Shown here: piece after piece, positions 26,091 through 35,944 of the stretch
Layout: each line of letters starts with the position of its first letter
Numbering within the stretch: position 1 is the stretch's first letter
Assembly (NCBI GenBank): GCA_965198865.1
Contig: CBDAQA010000032.1
Coordinates: forward strand, 37,571 to 101,570
Origin: Tepidisphaeraceae bacterium
Lineage (GTDB): Bacteria > Planctomycetota > Phycisphaerae > Tepidisphaerales > Tepidisphaeraceae
Direction: 5' to 3'
DNA: 64,000 nt
Position numbers and translations under genes: made by a program
The notes under the pieces: model-generated
What the model was told of the DNA's origin: nothing
What the model saw: only the letters and a program-made list of their open reading frames with translations
Database searches by the model: none

Positions 26091-26199
26091 ACCGCGGGAC
26101 ACCGGGCGGCGGTCACTTCGGCCGCCGTCCCCGCCCGCCGGTTCGCTGCGCTTCCCGTTCCCCCGATCCGACACCGACACACAGCACAGAGGTACACCC

Positions 26200-28170
26200 A
26201 TGTCCCGCCAGACTTCCACGATCCAACGCGACCGTGACGCCGTCTTGATCCCCCTGTCCAAGCTGGTCCCCGCCGGCCGCCGCAACCCCCGCCGGGTCAA
26301 GCCCGAGCGGGACGCCCACCGCCGCCTGGTCGCCAGCATCCGGGCGCACGGCCTGCTCCAGCCGCTGGTCGTCCGGCCCGTCACGGCCACTTGTGAAGGC
26401 AACGACAAGCCGGCCAACGGCCAGCCCGGCGCGTACCGGGTGACGGCCGGCCACCGCCGCCTGGCCGCCCTCCGCGAGGTCCACCGGGGCGACGACGCCG
26501 TCCGCGTGCCGTGCGTCGTCCGCCCGGTCGACACCGACGACGCGGCCGACGCCCAGGCCCTGGCCGAGAACTTCGCCCGCGAGCCGATGCACCCGCTGGA
26601 CGAGGCGACCGCGTTCGCCAAGCTGGCCCGGGAGGACGGCCGGGACGCCGAGGCCATCGCCGCCGACTTCGGCGTCACGCCCGCCTACGTCCGCCAGCGG
26701 ATGAAGCTGGCCGACCTGTCCGATGCGGTGCAGTCGGCGTACCGGGCCGGCGAGATCGACACGGCCACGGCCGAGGCGTTCGCCGCCGTCCCGCCGGACA
26801 AGCAGGCGGCCGTGTGGGCCGAGGTCGGCGGCCGGCCGCAGCACGCGGCCCACGTCCGCAACGTGATCGCCAACGGGTGGGTCGACGCCGCCCACGCCCT
26901 GTTCGACGTGTCGCAGCTGCCCGACTGGACCGTCAGCCGGGACCTGTTCGGCGACCGGGTCCTGGTCGAGCGGGCGGCGTTCCTGTCCGGCCAGTCGGAG
27001 GCGCTGGCCGACGAGCGGCAGCGGCTGGCCGAGGACGGCTGGGCCGAGGTGGTCGCCGGGTGCGCCGCAGACGTGCGGGACCGACTCTGGTCGATGAACG
27101 AGGCACCGCACGCGTACGACGAACCGACCACGGCCAAGCTGGCGAAGCTGGCCACCCGGCGGCAGGAGCTGGAGGACCGGTACACCGAACTGGACGGCGA
27201 CAACGACCCGGACGACGCCATTAGTGACGCCCTGGCCGCCAAGCTGGAGGCGGTCGACGAGGCCGAGCGGGCCCTGACGACGGACGCCGCGGTCCGCTAC
27301 GCCGAGGCGACCAAGGCGGTCGGGACCGCGTTCCTGATCCTGGACCCCGACGGGCAGGTCCGGCGGGAGTACCGGGTGCCGCGGGCCCGGCCGGGACAGG
27401 CCACCGGCCACGGTTCGGCGTTCGGGCCGGACGGCGTCACGCCGGCCGCACCGCAGCCGCCCACGTCCGACGACCTGCGGGAGTCGCAGCTGGCCGCCAC
27501 GTTCACGCACCAGGCGATGGCCGTCCGCCAGGCGTTGCTGGCATACCCGATGGTCCGCCGGCGGGTGCTGGCCGTCGCCCTGCACGACCGGGTCCGGGCC
27601 GAGGGGCTGGCCGTCCGCCACGACGCCAACGGGACGACGCTGCACGCCGACCACGCCGAGTCGTTCGCGTCCGCCGCCCGGGACGAACTGCGACAACGGC
27701 GGGCGGAACTCGACCCGCTGCACGACCGCGGGCTGGTGTCGGACGCCGAGGCGTACGCCGCCGTGGCGGCGCTCCCGGCCGAGCGGCTGGACGCCCTGAT
27801 CGACCTGCTCACAGTGGAGTGTGTGACGGCCCACCTGCAGCGGCGGACGGACCTGGTCTGCCGGCTGGCCGAGGAGTTGGGCGTGGACGTCCGGCGGCAC
27901 TGGCGGCCGGACGCGGCGTGGCTGGCCGGCTACCAGAAGGCGCAGCTGGTCCACCTGACGTACCAGCTCCGCGGCCCGGCGTACGGGGGCGCGGCGGAGC
28001 GGAAGAAGAAGTCGGAGCTGGTCGCCGAACTCGCGCAGCTGTTCGCCGATGCCGCCGCCGGCACGCTGGCCGACGGCCCGCTAGCGGCTCGCCTGAACTG
28101 GTGGCTGCCGGCCAACCTGCGGCCCCAGCTGTCGGCCGACGCACCGGCCGTTCGGTCCGACGCCGCCTGA
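26200..28170 (+). CDS. Large ParB/Srx-domain protein (KorB/ParB-like, 656 aa)
   Basis: LIPLSKLVPAGRRNPR......SIRAHGLLQPLVV and YRVTAGHRRLAAL. Confidence 0.8.
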   Translation: MSRQTSTIQRDRDAVLIPLSKLVPAGRRNPRRVKPERDAHRRLVASIRAHGLLQPLVVRPVTATCEGNDKPANGQPGAYRVTAGHRRLAALREVHRGDDAVRVPCVVRPVDTDDAADAQALAENFAREPMHPLDEATAFAKLAREDGRDAEAIAADFGVTPAYVRQRMKLADLSDAVQSAYRAGEIDTATAEAFAAVPPDKQAAVWAEVGGRPQHAAHVRNVIANGWVDAAHALFDVSQLPDWTVSRDLFGDRVLVERAAFLSGQSEALADERQRLAEDGWAEVVAGCAADVRDRLWSMNEAPHAYDEPTTAKLAKLATRRQELEDRYTELDGDNDPDDAISDALAAKLEAVDEAERALTTDAAVRYAEATKAVGTAFLILDPDGQVRREYRVPRARPGQATGHGSAFGPDGVTPAAPQPPTSDDLRESQLAATFTHQAMAVRQALLAYPMVRRRVLAVALHDRVRAEGLAVRHDANGTTLHADHAESFASAARDELRQRRAELDPLHDRGLVSDAEAYAAVAALPAERLDALIDLLTVECVTAHLQRRTDLVCRLAEELGVDVRRHWRPDAAWLAGYQKAQLVHLTYQLRGPAYGGAAERKKKSELVAELAQLFADAAAGTLADGPLAARLNWWLPANLRPQLSADAPAVRSDAA

Positions 28171-28269
28171 CCGGGCGCACGCCACCCGGCACTTGGCCAC
28201 ATTCGCAACGCCGGGTCGGCCAACGCCGACCCGGCGTTCGCTTGCGCACTGCCACACGTCGCCGACCCG

Positions 28270-28599
28270 TCACTCCCACGGGTGCGGCAGCCGCACGACC
28301 GGGTGGCGCACCGATGCGGCGAATACTTCGGCCACCGCCCGCCAGGCCCCGCCCCGCTGCGCGACCCGCAGCCATGCGTACTCCCACAGGGCGCACTGGA
28401 CGCCCACGCCGAACGTGAACCCGATCGGCAGCAGGACGGCCGACGGGTGCCCGCGGGCCATCCACAGGTAGAACGCCCAGAACCACAGCCCCAGGTCGGC
28501 CAGCACCTCGGCACAGCAGAACAGCACCACGACCAAGATGCCCAGTTGCACCAGCCCCAGCACCACCAGGAACCGGCACGCCTCTCGGAACGCTCGCAT
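28270..28599 (-). CDS. Small hydrophobic (multi-TM) hypothetical protein
   Basis: FLVVLGLVQLGILVVVLFCCAEVLADLGLWFWAFYLW is predicted TM helices by eye. Internal ATG at 28599 chosen. Confidence 0.35.
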   Translation of the reverse strand: MRAFREACRFLVVLGLVQLGILVVVLFCCAEVLADLGLWFWAFYLWMARGHPSAVLLPIGFTFGVGVQCALWEYAWLRVAQRGGAWRAVAEVFAASVRHPVVRLPHPWE

Positions 28600-28743
28600 C
28601 GGGTCACCTCCTCGTCCGCGACAACGGGCCGAGTTACCAACTCGCACGCGGAGTCCGCAACGGTTTTCTCACCCGAACTCGCGGGCGGCATCTCGCGCTC
28701 TTCGGAGCAGTCCAGTCCGACTGCACGGCGGTCTGGATTCGCG

Positions 28744-28771
28744 TTGATCGACCACTCCGACCCGGTATAAT
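28744..28771 (+). promoter_or_regulatory. Sigma70-like promoter TTGATC-N16-TATAAT upstream of the relaxase gene
   Basis: TTGATC at 28744-28749 and a perfect TATAAT at 28766-28771. Confidence 0.45.
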
Positions 28772-28996
28772 CGGTGACTTGCAATCGGGTCCGGCAAGCG
28801 GGGTGTCCTGCTGTTGGACCGGACTGCTGGGCCGGATGAGGGCGGATTGCAAGGTAAAAGGGTCCCAGGTGTCGTTGTCGTAGCCTTTGCCTTCGGCAGG
28901 GTTTGTGACAACCGCCCTGCCCGCCCGCCCAGTGGGAACCACCTTGGCCGCTTTCGGCCGTCCTACTGCCCGTTCCTCACCCCCGGAGGTGTGGCC

Positions 28997-30958
28997 ATGC
29001 CCCGCAGGAGCAACCTGTCCCGTGACCGCGTCGATGCCGACCGGATCGGCCGCATGGGCGGCCGCCACCCCGGCCAGGGAGGCGTCGGCGGCGCGCTCGC
29101 CCGCCGCCTGGGACGCGCGAAGATCGGCAGCCGGCCGCGGCCGTCGGCCGGCTTCGGCCGCCGCCAGCGGGTGGTCGTCAAGGCGCACGTGAGCCGACAC
29201 AAACCGGGCAAGGCGCGGGGCAGTTTGGCCCGCCACGCGTCGTACCTGGGCCGCGAAAGCGCCAGCGTCGACGGCCGTCCCGGCGTGTTCTACGACGCCG
29301 CCCAGACCGGCGTGGACACCCGCCGGACGGTCGCGGGTTGGGTGGATGACCGCCACCACTTCCGCCTGATCGTCTCGCCCGAGCACGGCGCGGGCGTCCC
29401 CGACCTGACGGCGTACATCCGCGAGACGATGCGCCGCGTGCAGCGAGACCTGGGCACCGACCTGACCTGGGTGGCGGTCAACCACCACAATACGGACAAC
29501 CCCCACGCGCACGTCGTGGTCCGCGGCCGGCGGGCGGACGGGGCCGACTTGGTCATCCCCCGGCGGTACGTCTCGCACGGCATCCGCGACCGGGCGAGCG
29601 AGGTGGCGACCGAACTGCTGGGCGAGCGAAGCGTGGCCGAGGTGCGGTCGGCCAAGGGCCGGGAGGTGGAAGCCGAGCGGTTCACGTCGCTGGACCGCAC
29701 GATCGAGCGGCACCTGGACGGCGGCCGGATCGACCTGTCCCGGGATCGACGGATCGGCTTCGACCGGGACGACCGACAGCTGGTTCAGGCCCGGCTGCAG
29801 TTCCTCGCCGGGCTCGACCTGGCACGCAAGGAACGCGGCAACCGGTGGCGGGTGGAGCCGACCTTCCGCCAGGCGTTACGCGACCTGGGCGGCCGGAACG
29901 ACGTCATCCGTCAGCTGCACGCGACGATGGGGACGGAGGCCGGACGGGTGGAGCGGGCGACGGCCGGCCGGGCCCCCGTGAGCGGCATCGTGGTGGCCAA
30001 GGGGAGCCCCGACGAGGCGGGCGACGACCGGTTCGTGGTCGTCCGCGACGCGGCCGGGCGGGCGCACTACGGCCGGGTCCGGGACGGCGAAGCGTTCCGC
30101 GACCTGAGGGTCGGGTCGGTGGCCGAACTGGGGGCGGCGACGCATCGTCGCCACGCCGCGATGGAACAGGTGGCGGCCGTCACGGCGGCGCACGGGGGTA
30201 CCTACTCGGCCGACATGCACGCCGACTTCCTGCGCCAGACCCGGCCGGATGTGGCAGCCGGAGAGATTACCTCATTGACTCGTTCGGCGGCGGGGCGGCT
30301 GGCCTTCCTGGCCGCTTCGGACGGGTCGGGCGTGCGCGACCTGGGCGGCGACCGGTACGCCGTGGACCCGGGAGCGGCGACCCGCCTTGCCAGCGCCGCC
30401 GGCGAGCGGACGGACGTGCGGGTGGTCGCGGCCTACCCGTTGGCGGCGCAGGTGGAGGCCCACGCTGTGACCTGGCTGGACCGGCAGTTGGTGCCGTCCG
30501 GACGCGACGACCGGGTGCGCGATCACCCGGCCGTTACGGCTGCGATGGCGGAGCGACAGCAGTGGCTCGTGACGCACGACTATGCCGACCGGGCGGCAGA
30601 CGGGCGCGTCACGTTGCGCCCGGACGCGCTCCGCCGGTTGGCGGCCGAGGAACACGCCGCGGTCGCCGATCGGTTCGCCCACCGACACGGCCTGCCCGTG
30701 TCGGAGCTGGCCGTCGGCGACGCCGTCGCCGGCGAGTACCGCGGGACCGAGCGGCTGCACGGCGGCTCGCTGGCGGTGGTCGTCACCATCGGCGGCGTGG
30801 TGGTCGCGCCGGTCGAGCGGACGCCCGACGTGGCGGTCGGCAGCACGGTCGAGCTGGACCGCCGGGGCGGCCGGCGGGCGACCGTGACCCCGCTCGCCGG
30901 CCAATCGCTGGACCGTCAGACCGGGGCCGAGCTTGACGGGTTGGAGGCCGGCCGATGA
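28997..30958 (+). CDS. Conjugative relaxase with a DUF3363-type C-terminal region
   Basis: HFRLIVSPE.. and VNHHNTDNPHAHVVVRG (HxDxxxPHxH relaxase histidine motif). ATG at 28997 with GGAGG upstream. Confidence 0.85.
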   Translation: MPRRSNLSRDRVDADRIGRMGGRHPGQGGVGGALARRLGRAKIGSRPRPSAGFGRRQRVVVKAHVSRHKPGKARGSLARHASYLGRESASVDGRPGVFYDAAQTGVDTRRTVAGWVDDRHHFRLIVSPEHGAGVPDLTAYIRETMRRVQRDLGTDLTWVAVNHHNTDNPHAHVVVRGRRADGADLVIPRRYVSHGIRDRASEVATELLGERSVAEVRSAKGREVEAERFTSLDRTIERHLDGGRIDLSRDRRIGFDRDDRQLVQARLQFLAGLDLARKERGNRWRVEPTFRQALRDLGGRNDVIRQLHATMGTEAGRVERATAGRAPVSGIVVAKGSPDEAGDDRFVVVRDAAGRAHYGRVRDGEAFRDLRVGSVAELGAATHRRHAAMEQVAAVTAAHGGTYSADMHADFLRQTRPDVAAGEITSLTRSAAGRLAFLAASDGSGVRDLGGDRYAVDPGAATRLASAAGERTDVRVVAAYPLAAQVEAHAVTWLDRQLVPSGRDDRVRDHPAVTAAMAERQQWLVTHDYADRAADGRVTLRPDALRRLAAEEHAAVADRFAHRHGLPVSELAVGDAVAGEYRGTERLHGGSLAVVVTIGGVVVAPVERTPDVAVGSTVELDRRGGRRATVTPLAGQSLDRQTGAELDGLEAGR

Positions 30959-32823
30959 CGCGACGCCACACACTACTCCTGTACGCGGTCGTCCTACTGG
31001 TCGGCCTCATGGTCGCCACCCAGTGGGTCGGCTACCGCCTGGCGTACCACCCGGCCCTGGGCGGCCTGCGCGTCGGCCGGGGCGTCGTCTACCCACCGTG
31101 GGCGCTGCTGGTGTGGGGCGTCCGCTACGGCCGGGACGTGCCCCGGGCGCTGGACGAGGGGTACGCCATCGTGACGTCGGCGGCCGTGCTGGCGACCGTC
31201 GCCCTGGCCGTCGCCGGCCGCGTCCGCCGCCGGATCCCGGTGCGGGAGGTCGGCCGTGAGCGGTGGGCGACCGAGCGGGACATGCGGGCCGCGGGGCTGC
31301 TCGGCGGCCGCGGCGTCGTGCTGGGCCGCGTGGACCAGCGGTACCTGACCTACGACGGCCCCGAGCACCAGCTGGTCAGCGGGGCCAGCCGCAGCGGCAA
31401 GGGGGTCGGGCACGTGATCCCCACCCTGCTGAACTGGCCCGGCAGCGTGCTGGCCTACGACGTCAAGAACGAACTGTGGGACGTGACGGCCGGGTTCCGG
31501 GCCACGCTGGGCAGCTGCCTGTTCTTCAACCCGACCCGCCCGGACAGCGCCCGCTTCAACCCGCTACTGGAGGTGCGGAAGGGGCCGGCCGAGGTCCGCG
31601 ACGCCCAGAACCTGGTCGAGATGCTGACCAACCCGACCGGGGCCAAGCAGTCGCTGGACGTGTGGGACCAGCAGGCCGGCCAGCTCCTGGTCGCGCTGGT
31701 GCTGCACGTGCTCTACACCGAGCCGGACGACCGCAAGACGCTGTTCGTCGTCCGCCAGCGGCTGCTCGACTTCCGCCGCACGGCGGCCGACATGACCACG
31801 GCCCGGCACCGCCTCAACCCCGCCACCGGCGAGCCCGAGCCCCACCCCGAAGTGGCCCAGGTGGCGGCCGAGCTGCTCCGCCAGCCGGAGAAGTTCCGGG
31901 CGAGCGTGTGCGGCACGGCCGCGTCTTACCTGACCCTGTGGGCCGACGAGGTGGTCGCCCGCAACACCTCGGCCAGCGACTTCCGCCTGGGCGACCTGGC
32001 CTGCGCGAGCAAGCCGATGACCTTGTACCTACAGCCGCCGCCCAGCGACGCGCCGCGGCTGCGGCCGCTGGTCCGGCTGGTGTTGAACCAGGCCTGTCGG
32101 GCGTTGATGGAGCACCTGGACGCCGACGGGTCCGGCCGGCCCAAGCGGCACCGGTTGCTGCTGAGCCTGGACGAGTTCCCCACGCTAGGCCGGCTGGACT
32201 TCTTCACGTCCAACCTGCGGCAGATGGCCGGGTACGGCCTCAAGGCGCACCTGATCGTGCAGAGCTTCAACGACGTGGTCGAGCAGTACGGCCCGCACAA
32301 CACGATCCTGGACAACTGCCACGTCCTGACCGCCTTCGCCGCCGCCGACCCGGTCACGTGCCAGCGGGTCAGCCAGATGACCGGCACCGTGACCGAGTAC
32401 CGCGAGAGCTACTCCCAGCCCGGCCGGCAGTGGACGGCGGCACGGACGGTCAGCCACAGCGAGCAGGTCCGACCGCTGCTCGCGCCCGGCGACGTGCGGG
32501 AGTTGCCGGCCGACGAACAGCTGGTGTTCGTCACCGGCGTGCGGCCCATGCGGGTGAAGAAGGTGCGGTACTACGAGGACCCGACGTTCCGGGCCCGGCT
32601 GCTGCCGGCCCCGGCCGGGCAGGTCCGGGCGGAGGGCGACGCGGAGCTGTTGGCGACCGGGTGGGCCGGCGAGCGGGCGAAGGGGACGACACCGGGTCCG
32701 GTGTCACAGCCGGTGCCTGCCGCGACTGCGCCCGAGTCGGAACCTGACGAGCCATTCGAGGACGCGGACGACGTGGCCGACGACGAGGGGAACGACATCG
32801 ACTTTGACCGGGAGGACGTATGA
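30955..32823 (+). CDS. traG: Type IV coupling protein TraG/VirD4
   Basis: N-terminal TM helices, Walker A GASRSGKGVG, and LLLSLDEFPTLGRL (Walker B region). ATGA overlap with the relaxase gene. Confidence 0.9.
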   Translation: MTRRHTLLLYAVVLLVGLMVATQWVGYRLAYHPALGGLRVGRGVVYPPWALLVWGVRYGRDVPRALDEGYAIVTSAAVLATVALAVAGRVRRRIPVREVGRERWATERDMRAAGLLGGRGVVLGRVDQRYLTYDGPEHQLVSGASRSGKGVGHVIPTLLNWPGSVLAYDVKNELWDVTAGFRATLGSCLFFNPTRPDSARFNPLLEVRKGPAEVRDAQNLVEMLTNPTGAKQSLDVWDQQAGQLLVALVLHVLYTEPDDRKTLFVVRQRLLDFRRTAADMTTARHRLNPATGEPEPHPEVAQVAAELLRQPEKFRASVCGTAASYLTLWADEVVARNTSASDFRLGDLACASKPMTLYLQPPPSDAPRLRPLVRLVLNQACRALMEHLDADGSGRPKRHRLLLSLDEFPTLGRLDFFTSNLRQMAGYGLKAHLIVQSFNDVVEQYGPHNTILDNCHVLTAFAAADPVTCQRVSQMTGTVTEYRESYSQPGRQWTAARTVSHSEQVRPLLAPGDVRELPADEQLVFVTGVRPMRVKKVRYYEDPTFRARLLPAPAGQVRAEGDAELLATGWAGERAKGTTPGPVSQPVPAATAPESEPDEPFEDADDVADDEGNDIDFDREDV

Positions 32824-33437
32824 GCGACGACGCACTGACGGACACACCCACGCCCGGCAGCCGTGGGCCGGTCGGCCACGCGACCGGCGGCGGCGGCCAC
32901 CGCGTGCAGGTCACGGTGTTCCTGGAGCCGGCCGTCCACCGGGCGGCCAAGCGGCGGGCGGCCGAGGCCCACCTGTCCCTCTCGGCGGTCGTGGCCGAGG
33001 CGGCCAAGGAGTCGCTCCTGTCCAGCTATCGGTCCGACCGGGAACAGGAGCTGCTGCGGGCGGCCGACCGCAACTTCCACGCCCTCCGCCGCCTGGACGG
33101 GCGGCTGCGGCTGGAGGTGGCCGTGCTGAAGGAGATGGTCGGGCTGGGCGTACGGTCGTTCCTGAACCACACGCCGCCCGTGCCGGAGTCGGGCAAGGCC
33201 GCGGCCCTGCTCAGCGGCAAGCAGCGGTTCGGCCGCTACCTGGACCTGGTCGCCGCCAACGTCCGCGGCGGCGACTCCGTCCTGGCCGACGTGACGTCGC
33301 CGGAGTCGCCCGCCGAGGCTGGCGACGAGGTCGACCGAGGTGCGGGCAACCCACCCGCGCCACCAGCAGGTCCGGACGCCGCGGCCGGTGGGGCGGTGCG
33401 GCAACACCAATCCACCCCGACAGGAGCACACCCATGA
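32820..33437 (+). CDS. CopG/RHH-like protein between traG and trbB
   Basis: VTVFLEPAVHRAAKRRAAEAHLSLSAVVAEAAKESL is a ribbon-helix-helix pattern. The position is conserved in Tn4371-type ICEs. Confidence 0.6.
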   Translation: MSDDALTDTPTPGSRGPVGHATGGGGHRVQVTVFLEPAVHRAAKRRAAEAHLSLSAVVAEAAKESLLSSYRSDREQELLRAADRNFHALRRLDGRLRLEVAVLKEMVGLGVRSFLNHTPPVPESGKAAALLSGKQRFGRYLDLVAANVRGGDSVLADVTSPESPAEAGDEVDRGAGNPPAPPAGPDAAAGGAVRQHQSTPTGAHP

Positions 33438-33739
33438 TCCGCACCGCCGTCGAGCAGCGACACCTGGAGAGCCTGACGCACGCCCTCGGCCCGGTCGTGG
33501 CCGGCGCACTGGCCCAGCCGGACGTGGTCGAGGTCATGGCCAACCCCGACGGCACCCTCTGGGTCGACCGGGCCGGCGTCGGCCGCGAGCGGGTCGGCAC
33601 TATTGAGCCGGCCGCGGCCGAGACCACGGTGCGTCTGCTGGCCAGCCACATGGGCCAGACCGTCACCCCCGACCGCCCGGCCGTCGCCGGCGTCCTGCCC
33701 CGCGGCGGCGAGCGGTTCCAGGGCGTCCTGCCCCCGCTA

Positions 33740-34913
33740 TACTCTACCCGCCCAGGAGTGAGACATCCTCGAACTCCTGGAACTTCAGCGTCATCAGCGA
33801 CGCCATGTCCTTGGCGTGCGTCGTCGTCACGCCGCCCAGCACCGACTCGACGGCCGAGCGGAAGGCGGCGAAGTCGGCGTGGAACTTGCCGTAGCACGCC
33901 CGCCGCTTGGTGAACCGCCACAGCCGCTCGATCAGGTTCAGGTTGGGGCTGTACGACGGCAGGAACAGCAGCTCGATCTTAAGCTCGGCCGCCAGGGCCA
34001 TGACCACCGCGTTCCGCTGGTAGCGGGCGTTGTCCAGCACCATCGTGACCGGCCCGGCCAGCCCCTTGGCGGCCACGGCCCGGAGCAGCTCGCACATGGT
34101 CTGGGCGTTGACCACGGTCGTGTTGGTCACGGTCGTCAGCTGGCGCGTGACCGCGTCCCACGCGCCCAGCACGTTCAGCCGCTGCCGGCCCGAGGCGGCC
34201 CGCACGTGGACCCGCAGGATCGACCACAGGTGACACAGGAACGTGGCGAACACGAAGTGGGCCGCGTCGACGAACAGCACGTGCCCCCGCCCGGCGACGG
34301 CCGCGTCCAGCTTGGGCTGCAGCTGCTCGGCCAGGAACCGCCGCTGCTCGGCCACGTGCTCCGCCAACTTTTTTTCGGCGGCACCGGGACGGCCCGCGCC
34401 CGCTGCCAGGTGAACCCCAGCCCGGCCAGGAACGTGCGGGTCTGGGTCGGCCCCCGGCGGATGCCGGTCACCGCGAAGATCCGCTCGGCCGCCTCGGCCG
34501 TCGTCCGCACGGGCCGCCCGGTCAAGTCCGCCCGGATCGCCGCCGCGTGTTCGGCCAGGCTGCTGACCGGCCCCTTGACGTCCCGCCGCCGCAGCCCGTC
34601 CAGGCCGCCGTCCCGCAGGGCCGCCACGTACCGCTCGGCCGTCGCCCGCGACACGCCGGCCACCGCCCCGGCCACCTCCCGCGTCAGCCCGCAGTGGACC
34701 GACCAGACGAACGTCATCTTCCGCCGGACGTGCAGGTCGGGGTGGCCGTACCGCTCGGCGTCGACGACCCGCCGCTCCTCGTCCGTCAGCGCGATGCGAT
34801 GCCAAGCCATCCGTGGCCCTCCGTGACTACCGCCCCTGGCGGCTGGTTCACGGCGGGTATACCGGCGGCCGAGAGGCCCGTCCAGAATGCCTCATCAGCA
34901 GCCGGGCAGGGTA
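33740..34913 (-). mobile_element. IS630-family insertion sequence (second, unrelated subgroup)
   Basis: Flanked by TA at 33738-33739 and 34914-34915. Imperfect terminal IRs (about 19/30 matching). The transposase nearly fills the element. Confidence 0.8.
33744..34810 (-). CDS. IS630-family transposase in two frames joined at an A7 run (-1 frameshift or slippage)
   Basis: orfA (HTH) reads ..PVPPKK. The -1 frame continues KLAEHVAEQRRF..VDAAHF..LDNARYQ..LPSYSPNLNLIERLW. The A7 run is at 34369-34375 (T7 on the + strand). Confidence 0.8.
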
Positions 34914-35643
34914 TAACCGACCGCCCGACGTTCTCCATCCGCAAGCGGGCGAGCCTGGTCTACACGCTGGACGACTACGTCGCCTCCGGCGTCCTGGCAC
35001 CGGCCGACGCCGACGTCCTCCGCCGAGCCGTGGCCGACCGGCAGAACATCCTGGTGGCCGGCGGGACCGGGTCGGGCAAGACGACGTTGGCCAACGCGCT
35101 CCTGGCCGAGCCGGCCTTCCGCCGCGACCGGGTGGTCGTGATCGAGGACACGAAGGAGCTGCAGTGCCCGGCCGAGGACCGGGTCGAGCTGCTGACCAAG
35201 GCGACGGACCCGCCGGTGAACATGACCGACCTGCTGCGGGTCACCCTGCGGCTCCGCCCCGACCGCATCGTCGTCGGCGAGGTCCGCGGCCCCGAGGCCC
35301 TGGCCCTGCTCAAGGCCTGGAACACCGGCCACCCCGGCGGCGTCGCCACGGTCCACGCCAACTCGGCCGCCGACGCCCTGCACCGGCTGGAGGACCTGGC
35401 CGGCGAGGCGTCGGCCACTGTGCCGCGACGGGCGATCGCGTCGGCGGTGAACGTGGTCGCGTTCATCGAGCGGACGGCCGGTACCCCAGGAGGACGGGTG
35501 TCGACCGTCGCACGCGTTCGAGGACTTCACGCCGGTGAGTACGCTCTTTGACAGGATAGCGGTCGGTCTCAAGTCGATGCCCATCGCCAGCCGTGTCGTG
35601 CAGCCTGGATGGCGACTGCGAAAGTCTCAAGCCCGGGCGTTTG

Positions 35644-35673
35644 TTGACAAGTCTATCATTTCGCGACGATAGT
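35644..35673 (+). promoter_or_regulatory. Candidate promoter TTGACA-N18-GATAGT upstream of the wHTH gene
   Basis: A perfect -35 hexamer at 35644-35649 in a locally lower-GC intergenic stretch. Confidence 0.35.
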
Positions 35674-35703
35674 GCCTCGCGTCCTGAGATGGGAGGATGT
35701 TAG

Positions 35704-35940
35704 GTGCTCTACCGGAGGTCGCAGGAGATCGAGGGTCGATTGCGCCAGATCGTGTCGCTCATTCGAGCCGCGCGGCACACAACGCATTCGCTCGCGATTT
35801 CCCTCGACACGTCGGAACCGACAATCTCGCGAAGTCTCTCCGCCCTGAGGGAGCGAGGGTATGAGATTCGGTCGGTGAAGGACGGAAGCGGCTGGCGGTA
35901 CGAGATCCTATCGGAACCCGAACTGGCGCCAGGACGGTAA
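35704..35940 (+). CDS. Small winged-HTH protein (possible controller of the adjacent R-M genes)
   Basis: THSLAISLDTSEPTISRSLSALRERGYEI..V is an HTH_11/DeoR-like pattern. 78 aa, ending 4 nt before the methyltransferase gene. Confidence 0.55.
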   Translation: MLYRRSQEIEGRLRQIVSLIRAARHTTHSLAISLDTSEPTISRSLSALRERGYEIRSVKDGSGWRYEILSEPELAPGR

Positions 35941-35944
35941 GACA

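Larger units (their letters stand above)
33434..35551 (+). pseudogene. trbB: trbB (VirB11-family ATPase) interrupted by an IS630-family element
   Basis: N-part 33434-33739 ends ..ERFQGVLPPL. C-part 34916-35551 resumes TDRPTFSIRKRA.. with Walker A VAGGTGSGKTT. Excising the IS plus one TA restores ..VLPPLTDRPTFSIRK. Confidence 0.85.

Noticed and set aside
26113-27954. 613-aa ORF antisense to the large ParB gene (and likewise 25044-26678 antisense to ssb)
   Set aside because: Low-complexity shadow ORFs. The + strand genes have diagnostic motifs and RBS-supported starts.
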